Shown here: piece after piece, positions 23,901-36,200 of the stretch
Layout: each line of letters begins with the position of its first letter
Position numbering within the stretch: position 1 is the stretch's first letter
Source: Trichinella spiralis
Taxonomy: Eukaryota
Reading direction: 5' to 3'
Assembly (NCBI RefSeq): GCF_000181795.1
Contig: NW_003526943.1
Coordinates: 5,220,588 to 5,284,587 of the forward strand
DNA length: 64,000 nt
Translations under genes and position numbers: made by a program
The notes under the pieces: generated by a model
Database searches by the model: none
The model's input: only the letters and a program-made list of their open reading frames with translations
What the model was told of the DNA's origin: nothing

Positions 23901-26900
23901 TAGGTAAAGATAAGTACTTCATTCGTTGCATCGATTTAGTAATGCATATTTTTCATTGTTTTATGAGTAAATTGGATGAAAAAAGCTAGACTGGATTTGA
24001 AAGAAAATGGATTTTCATCAGATTATAATATCAACTTTAATCCAAATACATTGAACGAATATGCCGCTGCTGCTGGATTTTTCTTTTATGGACTTCTTCC
24101 AGAAAAAATTGTAATCAAACATTCAGAAACTAAAGCAACACCAATGCGAGATGCTTTTTATAACCCAAGCTTGTTATATGAGCAACATGGAATACTTAAT
24201 TTGATCAAGTAGGTTGTTCAAGAAATGTGCAAACCACTTGCTTGCAATTTCTTTTTAGATTTTTGATAACTGAACCATCTTTAATTCCTATTGGGCAAAT
24301 AAACAACGAATTTCGTCAACATTTTCTAAAATCAAATAATCATGCAGGCTTTGATATGATGACAATTTTAATTCAGATGGGAAGAGATCATGGATTACCA
24401 CCGTATGTTGTTGTGCGTCATCAGTGCAACTTGAAAAAAATTGAAACTTTTGATGATTTACACGACGTATTGGAAACTCCAAGTGATGCAGAAAAAATTA
24501 AAAAAATATATTCGTAAGATAATAACATTTTCCAATAATATTTTATATACTGTTGTATTTTAATATTATTGCTTAATTTTTTGTAAGTCATGTTAATGAT
24601 ATCGATCTTGTTATTATGGGGTTTCTTGAAAAACCAGCAGACGGAGCTGTAGTTGGTCCAACATTTGCTTGCATTTTAGCCCGACAGTTTGCAAAGGTAT
24701 AAGAAAATATTTTGTAAAGTATGCTTCAATAATTGTTATATTTAGGTGCAAAGAGGAGATCGATTCTGGTATGAAAACTATTTTTACCCTTCTTCATTCA
24801 CCGGTGAACAACTTTCTGAAATACGAAAAACTTCATTGGCTAGAATTCTTTGTGACAACGTTAAGAATTTGAAAGAGATTCAACCATTCCCATTTATGAT
24901 TCCAGATATTTATGAGTAAGTAAATGTTAAAATTATTGTCTTTTTTCATTTCAAACTATTTTAGAAATTCTGTGTTAAAATGTTCAAGCAAAATTATCGA
25001 AAAAATGGATCTCACTCCTTGGACAGACTGTAATCGTTTCTGCATGTAAAAATAAATTCATTATTCTTAATATTGTCTATTTAGCAAAATTTTCGTTCAA
25101 GCTTCCCATGACCAAAGAAAAAATTAAAACTGCCATTCAAATAGCTGAGGGACGAATTCGACAAATCCGAAGCAGAGAAGAAAAGAACAATCAATCTGGT
25201 GAATTTACCAAAAACTATTTGTTTCAAAAAGTTAAATGCTGTACACTTTCATAGATAAGAAAAATGATTTACATGATTTTTTGCCATTTCCACATGGTCA
25301 CCACATGAAACCAAATCAAATAGCAATTGATCAGGCGAAAATTGCCGATGTGCTGCTCGAAGCCACAAGAATATTAATTATTCAGTAAATGTGCACATTT
25401 TATGAATTATAGTTTTAATTTTTTTCCTTAATTTTAGAGATGAATTTAATGTACGCAAGCCAACCATTCCAGAACTGGACATTGATTATCTGCAAAATAT
25501 TCTTCCGAATATTGATGTCAGAGATTTCATAGGTAAGCGTTTATAACAGACGTAAATCGAAATATTTCAGAATGAATGAAAACAGTTATAAAATAAATTG
25601 ACGTTATTTACTTAATTTAGTTTAATTTTAAAATTTGCAAGAAATAAAGAAAAAATAGCACATAACTGAAGATTTGGTGAAGTTATTATTTTTCAGTCAT
25701 TACAGAGGTTTTCACTATGAATAGTATTTAGTAAAAGTAAAAGAAATTTGATATCGCTTGATTATGTTAATTAAAGAGTGCAAGCTGCATAATTTTTGCT
25801 AATTTTATTAATTAGAAAACACTTTTCATTACTTTATTCGATTGATTTCATGCACTTGATAGGTAAAGCAAAGAATAATAATGCAATATGCAACAAAAAA
25901 CCGTTTCCATGTGATCCAACCGCTGCATACAGAACAACGACGGGATGGTGCAATAATATGAAGTCACCCAGTCAAGGAATGGCTTTTTCAACATTTCGGA
26001 GACTTCTCAAACCAGCATATAATGATGGCAATAATATTAATATTTTGACTCACAATTCATTTTAATGACTATTTTACAGGCTTTGATGAGCCAAGAAAGT
26101 TTGGAGTGAATGGTGATCCATTACCGAGTGCTAGACACGTAGCAAATGTCATTCATAAAAGCAAGGATATCATTCACAAAAAGTATAGCCATATTTTAAT
26201 GACCTTTGGTCAGTTTTTAGACCACGATCTGACCCACACTCCAATGTCATTAGGTATGCGCTATTGCTAATACTAGATTTAAAATTTGAAGCAACATAAC
26301 TTTAAATAATATGAAACACTTTACTCATTAACAGTAATGTTTTTTCTTTTCAAAAGGTAACTTCGGTTTGACAATAGCGAATATTCTTGTGAAGTATTAA
26401 ATGCATTGAATAATCTTTCTAAAGCACAAATGAATATTGTTTATTAGTAGCAAAAATATTTAAACGCTTTAATTTTAAGCAATAATCGTAATTGTAATTG
26501 TTTTTAGCATTAGATGGTTCGCTTTTAAATTGTCAAAGGTGTGATTCCCATGAAACAGTTTCTGTCAACTGTTGGCCAATTAAAATACCTGAAAATGATC
26601 CATACTTTCCGTCAACGTTTGACGATGGATCTCCCCGATGTATGCATTTCGCAAGATCGTTGATCGGACAGCTTAAATTAGGTAAAAAATAAATTCGATT
26701 TTACTTTAACACAAATAGCACAAAGACATTGTAGGTTATAGGGAACAGATGAATCAGCTAACAAGTTACATCGATGCATCTAATGTCTACGGTTCAAATG
26801 ACTGCATAGCATCAGATCTCCGCCTTTTCAGTCAGGGAAAATTAAACATTTCTAAACATTTACCTGGAATTCAAAACACACTACCATTTGGTTTTAAAGA

Positions 26901-29283
26901 TCCTGACTGCCGTATGCATTCAAGCGATTGTTTTATCGCAGGTGCATATTATTTACATTACACTGCATAGCATGTTGATGCTTTCTATAATGCAAAAATG
27001 CTCAGCTCTTTTCTAACAGAATTTTTATTAATAACAACAGTTTTATTTTAATAAATTAGCACAAGTTTGAAACGTAAATGCATACAGTGAATGACTATTA
27101 CAAATAATATTTATTCAAAGCAAAATGCACATGTCAGTTTAGTACAATTGCTAATAATCAAAAAATTTACAAAGTGCCAATCATTATAAAAATTGTTGTT
27201 TTGTTTGTTTCTAATCTAGGTGATATAAGAGTAAATGAAAACTCAGGTTTGATGGTGCCTCACATTCTATTTGTTCGGGAACATAACCGCCTTGCTGAAA
27301 AGTTATTTATGGCGAACAATCTTTGGTCAGATGAAAAAATTTACCAAGTAATCATTAAAATTGTTATTATTAACGACTAATTTCAGCTCTTGTTTTAGGA
27401 AATAAGAAAAATTATTGGCGCAGTCATGCAACATATAGTTTTTAAAGAATGGCTTCCAAAAGTTCTGGGACACCAGTTGATGGAAAAATATGAGCTATAT
27501 TTAATGAAATCTGGATATTTTAAAGGTAAAAATATAATTATTATGTGATTATAATTGTTCATATTATCTGTTGAAAAGATTTTTAGGACATGATAAATAC
27601 TGTGACGCAACGATTTCAAACGAATTTGCATCCGCAGCATTTCGCTTTGGGCATACGTTAATTCGTGATACATTTCTTTTCATGGATCCAAAACATAACA
27701 CCTTAATGGAGCAGATTCGATTGAAAGATATGTTTTTTAACATAACCCCACTAAACGATTTCAATCGAGGAGGAATTCAATCTATGATATCTGGTTTAAT
27801 TCGCACTCCAGCAATGGCATTCGATCGATTCATCAACCAGGTTTGAAATTTAAAATACAATTCTAAACTCAATATCTTTATATCCAAAAAAGATTTATAG
27901 AAAAATATAAGAAACACCGTTTGGCATGTTAACATAAAATGTTCAACCTATTAATGAATTTAATGACTGAAAAAAGTTACCTCTTCAGGATCTCCGTAAT
28001 CATTTGTTTGAATTCAAACACGAACCATTTTCCGGCATGGACTTGCCAGCTATTAATATACAAAGAGCTCGAGATCATGGCATACCTGGTTACAATTTTT
28101 ATCGAGAAGTCTGCGGTTTCAAAAAAGCCAAAAATTTCCAAGACCTACTAGATGTGATCGATCAGGAAACAATTGATGATTTGAAAAATTTGTACAAGTA
28201 TCTTTTCAATTTAGACAATTTAATTAATAAGTTTTCACAGTTGCTTTGAATAAAACGACGTGATTTTCTACAGGCATGTTGATGATATTGATCTTTTCCC
28301 TGGATTGATATCAGAGAAACCAATTTCCGGTGCCCTTGTTGGACCAACTTTGGGCTGCTTAATTGGAGAACAAATGCAACGTTTGAGAAAATGTGACAGA
28401 TTTTGGTATGAAAATGATATTTCAGAAACAAAATTTACACCAGGTAAATAAATATTAAAATAATTTTTCAAAAATTTGAGGAAAAAATTATTAAGTTACG
28501 GTAGTACAGTAGAAAAAAATTTTTAACTTAAAATATATAATTTCCCCCCCCCTAAATGTATTACCCTATCTTATTTATTTTTTTATCATTATGTTTATAT
28601 TGTTAATTTATCTTTTATTCTATAAAATTATTTTCTCACTTTTCTATAAATAAATAGATGAGAAATTTTCAGGTCAACTTTCAGAAATAAGAAAAATGAC
28701 TATGGCTAAAATCATATGCAACAATTCAAAAAATATAAAGAAAATTCAACCAAATGTTTTTGATCTACCCGATAATCATATGTAAGTACTACCGTTTTAT
28801 GCTGAATTTACAATTTTGCAAATTCTATTTAAAATGCTATTAAAGGAACAAAGAAGTAGATTGCAGTGCATTGCCTGATATAGATATAACAAAATGGCTT
28901 GACAGAGGTAAGAATTCTAAAACATCCACAAATGCATTATATTTTTTTAAATAAGATATTTTAGACTTTTGCTTTGTTGGCAATAAAATTATTCAGATGG
29001 GAAGAACAACACACATCACACCTTGTGTCTCTTGCACTTGTACACATTATGGTGTAAGTCTTTCTACATAAATAAGAAAATAATTTATAAAATGAAACAT
29101 AAAAAATAACACATATATATATATATATGGGAGTAATTATTTCAGGCAAACTGTCATGCATTGCGTGTAGAAAGCTGCAAATCTTTATTTGATCAGTTTT
29201 CAATGGCAGAAATTGTCGCTGATACATCCTGCATCATTCAATGTTCAGGGATGATCAACAGTAAAAGAAATCAGACCCAATAA
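20920..29283 (+). CDS. Secreted double-domain animal heme peroxidase (DBLOX/CG10211-like); domain 1 degenerate, domain 2 intact
   Basis: Signal-peptide exon 20920-21199, then more than 25 short exons from 22402 to the stop at 29281-29283. Domain 1: [43 protein letters not shown]. Domain 2: [69 protein letters not shown]. Cys-rich tail TPCVSCTCT...CIIQC. Confidence 0.93.
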
Positions 29284-29689
29284 TGAAAAATGCTAGAAAA
29301 ACAAAGGTGTATAATAAAAATCAGGAAAAATAAACCCATTTAGATGTTGTTAATAAATATGATTTTCTTTTTTAGTAATAAATTTTTATTCCATTTAAAA
29401 AAGATTAAAAATTAAAATTTTTACATCTTCATCGGTTTGAATTTATCAAGTTGGAGTTTTATTCACACTTTCAGTGTTTATTTTTTCAAAAATAATCGAA
29501 ATTTAAATGCTTTGATCAAAAGATACTTTTTTTAATTCAAAATTTATAGCAACCAAATAACATTTATTAATTGATTTTCTTTTTCAATTAAATTCCTTTA
29601 TACACATACACATTTATACTGAATATATAATATTAAGGCACATCTTTTTATTGATACTTAGTAAAATTGAATAATTTTGCACGTAATGT

Positions 29690-32006
29690 TCAACCTTCGG
29701 CTTCATTAGCCTGTTGAATGGAACCAAATGGTGGAATCAGAGGTGAACGTTCAAAAGATTTCGTTAGTCTAAATTCAAAAAATGAAAATGAAAAATAAAA
29801 ACCAAAAAAATATAAAACAAACTTTAAATAAGCCATGTAGTGGTTGAAATGTTCTCTTTGAATATCGCTCATTTCAACACTGTTCGCGTGTTTTTCAAAA
29901 GTGTTTGCTAAAAATTGAAAAAACTGCGCACAACCAATCGCCAGGGCGTGTTGACAAAATCTGTTCAAATCCTGAAATCACAATTTCTATCGTAACAAAT
30001 TTAAATTAGCAATTTTAAAGCAAAATATATTTAAAAAATAAATAACCTGATAAAATGCAACTTCCTTGTCAGGTAATTTTCTTTCCAATTTCAAAAGTTT
30101 AAGAACATCATTCTGTAAAACAAAAAAGGAAACAAATGTGCTTTATCAAATTTCATGTACAACATGCAATTCCAAAGCACCTTCATCAGATTAGAGTCGA
30201 TCCAACAAGTATAGCTTCGGGATGCATAACTTGGTTTGGAAGTTTTCAAATTTCGCCTGATGTTCTCTGTATTCTCACTCATTCCGGATGGAATTAATTC
30301 ATCAAAAGAGCCAATCCATGGAAAGGGATTTTTTCCTGGAAAAGAAAAACAATTCATAAAGTTTAAATTGTACCGTAAACCACAACTTACCTGGTTGAAA
30401 ACATCTTAAACACAACTGAGTACGATCATTGCCAACGCAGCATATCATCCCGTACCATTCTTCACTGTTAAAATGCAAAAATACAAAACATACTCCATTA
30501 AACAGTATTTAATTATTTGACTTTAACATTTGACGTTGTGTGAAAGTTAAAAATTACAAAATAAAATAAAATTCCTATTCTACCTGACACGGCAAATGGC
30601 AAAATTTTTCCGATTAGCCAAAGCAGCATGCAAAAGAACACAAAAGTGCGGAATCGATTCAGAACATTCATTTGGCGATGCTGAAAAGTCATCAAACAAT
30701 CACAACAAATATATAATGGATAAAAGTAAAATCTGTTCAGCTGTGATAAAAAAAGGATATGATAAATTTGAATATAAATTAAAATTATTTAAACTTTTAC
30801 CGGCTAGCAGTAAATAGCTGTTGATCGTTGGAACCATCGCAAAATCGTCGTCACCAGCAAAACCAATGATCGTCAAATGAGAATCAAATTTGTATGTATT
30901 TTTTAATCCAAATTCAGAAGTGATCACCAACGGCTGTGGAGGAGGAATCAACAGCACATTACAATTAATAGTTCCACAGGTCATAATTGCACAAAATGGT
31001 CGGAATTCAATTTCAACAAGTTTTTTTAAAATTCCAACACCTATTTCTGATTCAGCTAAACTAATATGATGCACAACGCCGTTGATTTGAAAAGCCGATA
31101 CAAACTCATCATAAAAACACTCGAATATATAATCATCAAAATCACTATAACAAAATATACATAATTTTATGTTCACCTTATCAAACAAAGATGTGATAAA
31201 TTTTGGATAGGATTGTTTCCTAAAATAAGTCTCTCCACCTAACCAGGGATTTGCTGTAAATAAAAATATTTTTCCATAAGTGTCACTCGTCCAACATGAA
31301 ATGAACATTGAAATCGCCTGATAAACTGCACTGAAAAAGTTTCCACTTTCACCAACAATTTCTTCATCGTTTGGCAATTTAGAAATCATTGCTTCAAAAT
31401 CTGTTGAAAAATCTGACAAAATAGTAACCCTTTTGCCAAATGTAACCTAAAATAATTTTTGAACCACTGAAAATGAAAATCAACATTTGCTTTCACATTT
31501 TGCATATCATATGCAATCAATTAAACTTTATTCATAAAAAGAACATAACACTATTACAGAATAGCACCACAACTGCAAAAAATGAAATTTTGCAGAAGTT
31601 TTATAAGAAAATTAAGAATAAGCGGAACATTTATTATTAATAAGAGCAAGAAGCCGAGCAAAAGAGCCTAAAATAATAATAATACATATTCTTCATATTT
31701 AAAAATCAGAAAGCAAGCAAAACTGAATTATTCTTGTCCTATAAAAGCTGAATTGAAAGAAAGTAACCATTACGTATAATGAATATAAAAATAACAACAT
31801 GTATCATAAAATATTTAATCAATCATAATATGAAAAAGTTTCAAACAGGCACATACCAAAGCAATTTCCTCCTTATTATCAATATCATGCATTGCTTTTA
31901 GAAAATTTCGAGCTTCATGAAGCAAAATTTGTCTGTGAGTTAAATTTCTCGCTTCTGAAATGGCCTCCATTTTTTTTGAAATATCAACAAGAATAATAGA
32001 AGGCAT
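29690..32006 (-). CDS. INTS14: Integrator complex subunit 14 (VWA9)
   Basis: N-terminal VWA-like MPSIILVDISKKM...EEIALVTF...SDFSTDF; middle IPHFCVLLHAAL...EEWYGMI; C-terminal KPSYA...CWI...ERKLPDKEVAFYQDLNRFCQHALAIG. Exons start 32006-31857, 31446-~30801 and ~30681-30584, followed by several short exons to ~29690. Confidence 0.85.
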
Positions 32007-33232
32007 CTTTTCTTTTTTAAAAGCAAATTTACAAACACTTTACTATATAAATTGAATTCAGGTACAAATTACAGTATCAATAATCTGTTGATAATAGACA
32101 ACATAGCAAAAAATATTTCTTATTATATTATATGTGCACTTATTTTGTGTCTTTTACTTTTTTAACTGTATTTTTTAATTTGAAAAACAATTTGTTAGAA
32201 ATACGGTATGAAGCTAAATAGAAAAGTTTTGTTTTATAAATGAGTTTTAGAATATTTTTAAATTGCATGCTTTTATTGGCTTGTCTGTAATGGAATTCAC
32301 TGCATAACTAAGCAACCAACATATTTATATTTTTGAAAAACAACTGTGACGCAGCATCTACAGTCTCAGTAACTGAGAGCAAGATAAAGCATGAAACTAT
32401 GCTGGGGTGAAGAACCACATAAACAGAAAGCAAGCATTTTTCATAAACTAGAATTTAGTGTGAAAAAGTCCATTTTTATAAACTGTTTTAATCTTTGCAT
32501 TCATCTAATAATTGAAAAGAATACTCTACAAATTCATTTTTTATTTCGTGAATAAAAAATGATAAAAGTTTCACTATTTTATAACTCTGTAAAAAAAGTC
32601 AGATTTGTTGCTTAATGAAGAACATTTGATAGGCAAGTTTAATTTGCTCAAAATTCATTGTTTTATCATATTCTTTTAAAAGCTGATCTTCAAAATTATC
32701 GCGCAGTTATCTTTGTGCTTCTGAGATAAAACTGTTCGCCCTTCTCCATGAAGTAATAAAGAAATCAAATGTGATGCTTCCCTACAAAACTAAAGCACTT
32801 ATTTGCAGTTGCTATATGGAAATTCAACGAAACTGTAAAAATGTAAAATTTTATATATTCTGATTTTCATCAACAGTTATTAAAGTTACAATAATCTTAT
32901 ATATGCGTGTAAAGAAAGAATTGTTCAAAATATTCACCAAAGCAACAATGAGCTTTTTTTGAGGAAAGTTGAAATTTGATAAATTTTGTCACAACTGTAC
33001 ATACTTTATACACAACTTTTTATCAAATTTAGTTTTACCTGAATAAAAAAATATACTATTTCACAATGTTAACAAGAACTTGACAAGTTAAATGAGAAAA
33101 GTGAGTGAACTTGAAAATTCAGAAGCAAACTGACCGTGAAAAAAAAAAATTTTTTTTCATGTCCAATGCAAACATTCTGACGTCAAGCACGCTCAGCAAA
33201 AGTGAGTTGTCTCATTTTAAAAGTTGTTCAAG

Positions 33233-36200
33233 CTAAAGTTCGTGACGACGATTCAAAGAACCATATTCTTCTACGGGCCACATACACTCGCAACCTGAAG
33301 GCGCGTCTATGTAATGTGGCTGCCAGCAGTCAGTTCCGGCTTTGCGACGACTAAAATACAATCTGCGATATGTCTGAACGCAGTGGAACAAACCAAAACC
33401 ACATTTCTGAAACATTAAAATATTGTAAATTATAGAAATGATTTATTATTGTAAGTTAAAGCTGAATTAAGAAACCACTGAAATATTGATGTGAAATATT
33501 TCATTGACAAAATTATTTAAAATTTCTGAAATTACTTTGGTTTAAATAAGAAATTTTGTCTTTCATCTAATTTATTTCAGATTTATTTTTCTGTATGCAA
33601 TTTAAAGAATACATTAAACAAATTCGTCCCTGTTCCATTTATGATAAATTTGGGTAACTTTGTTTATTTCATTTCATCTTCTTCCGTTAATACATGAGCT
33701 ATATGCATACTGTATAAATTTCACGGTTTTGTAGTTTCATTCAACATAAGTTGAACGAAAAGTTCTTTTTTTTTAATTTATAATGATCAGTTGATATTGT
33801 TTGTTATTAAACGTACTTGATTTCTATTGTGATGTCTTCTGTTGCGTCTGGTCATTGTGCAACGAATTTCATGGTAAAACGGTGGGTTGAATTCTTCGTC
33901 CATTGTGCTCAGATGAATAGTTGTAGTCTCTGAAGCGCATAGATGTTCGTATTGTGATGCGCTTGCAATGGGCCCGTCATAAATCACTGGCCTGGAATTG
34001 CGGTGCTTCACCAATGGAGAAGGCCTCATCGAGCGGTCCCTGTTTCTATTCGATTCATAAGTGATCGAATTCGACCAAAACGCCTTGTATTTGCTAACAC
34101 TCTGACCTTTCTTGTAATGTTTCCGGGCGTGAACTGTTTGCCACATAACTGTAGCTGCACTGAACATCATGATGATCTGAAAATATTTTCCATTGAAACA
34201 CAAAGCAGCGGAAAAAATGCACAAAGATGAATGGTCAAAAAAACAAACAAACAACAACAACAAAGCATAACAGTTGTTCAAGGTAAATGTTCATCGATCA
34301 GACGGACAAGCGAACTGAAAACTGCAAAATATTTTCGCCTCATTAGCTTTTCAATTTTCCATCGAAGGTTATACAAAAACCCCCACAAGACAGCCGACCG
34401 CAAATCCTCACAACAAAGAACAAAACTGAACCACTCCTAAAACTGGCCCTCATTCATTTCCACTCGATTTGCACACTCCACGACCGGAGAGTTTTCCATT
34501 ATTCAAATGAAAATACAAGAAAAACTTTTTCCGTTTGAAAATATTCAAACTTGACCAAAAATGTCATGAACAAAAGGAATAATAATGATCAAATGAAGAA
34601 TAATCAAAAAGAGATCAATTTCAATACTGGTTAAATTTCAATCTAGAAACAATGCCATCAATAATATGTCAAATCAGTGCATACAGTTGCAGGAAATGTG
34701 GAATTAATAACGACTGAGACAGATTTGTGACTTTCGTGATTTCAGCCGTCTGAAAAATATATTCTACTATTGGTTTATTCACTTCTTATGCAAAATTCAA
34801 CAGCAACTGTACCAATGCTGCATTAATAAAATATGCTAATGCTTTCGAACTTAAATCCACTTTTATTACATAAACTTCGTCTGTATTAATTAAAATTAAC
34901 AATTTGCCTTACTGAAATAAATGCATACTGCAAGCTTCTTTTATTGTTATATGTTTATTGAATTTTTCGTACATTTATATATGAACACAACATTTATTAG
35001 CATAAAAATTTTCAAAGTATTTAAAAACTTATTACTTTTATTTGCATTCAATAGTGTTTTTACACAGTAATTGCATATAAATCTAAATTTTAAAATAAAT
35101 TTTTTATTAAAAAATATTTATATATTAAGCATACAATAGAAACGTTTTTACAAACGTAATTGACCTGATTGGCAACCTTTTATACATGAGATTTGTTCCC
35201 ATTGCAACCAGCCGATAAAGCAGTTTAGTTATCTGTAGAGAAACTTTCCAATGATCGATGAAACATCACTAATCAAATGGACGATGCATGCCCGTCATTC
35301 TGAAGTATCAGCAGCAATTTTGTCAGGTGTAAAATACCACTGCTGAAGCTGGTTTATTCTCTTTATTAATATGCAGTTTATAATTTCAAACTCGAAACTT
35401 TGCCCGATAATGTGATAACAATATACATCTACAACAGAAACAATAAAACTGATATTTGATACTATGTAATGAATCTTTGTATTTGTTCATAAAAAAGAAT
35501 CAATTATAATATTACATTGCAAGGTCTTTTATTGTAGACATGTCTCTTTCAAAAAACAGACACTGTATTATTGCTTGGAGCGAGGTATAATCCAAAAACC
35601 AGACAAAAAAATGAGCCAGGAGTTCTGTGAGCTAGACATGACAAATTAGCTTATCTGATGCGCTTGACTGCGCTTTACTACAAAATTTTCCTTGTTTAAA
35701 CTCTCTTCTACCATACTGACAGATTAACAAGCATCATGAATCAAAATAGTAAAAAAATGCATTGTTTTTCATTTTTACACAACATTATTATTATTAGAGG
35801 TAAAAGGCAATAAAAATGAAAATATTTACCTCAGTAAGCAGGACCATCACTAGTGCATTATCATAGTATTCGTAGTTCCGTTTGGCAGCCAATTTGAAAG
35901 CAGAGTTATAGTCCATGGAAAAGTTAAAGAAAAGCAATAGTTTTGTAGCATAAATGTATCTGGCTATTCCAGACTTTTTTAGCAGCGTTGCCACCAAAGT
36001 CCATACAGAGTATCAGTTTGAACACTTTGGATGTGCATCAACATCCAAGCAAGTTCTTCTTGCAATCGGTAAAAATAATAAATCACACAACTTTGTGAGT
36101 AAGATCAATGTCAAAATTGATTATAGTTCACAGTAGATTTCATCTGTAATTATTTTTAGAAATAACGGCTGTCAAATGTCAGTATAAACCGAAGATCGAT

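Noticed and set aside
30682..30800. Apparent in-frame TGA in INTS14 (possible readthrough or selenocysteine)
   Set aside because: Removed by a normal intron G|GTAAAA...TTTTCAG that restores the frame
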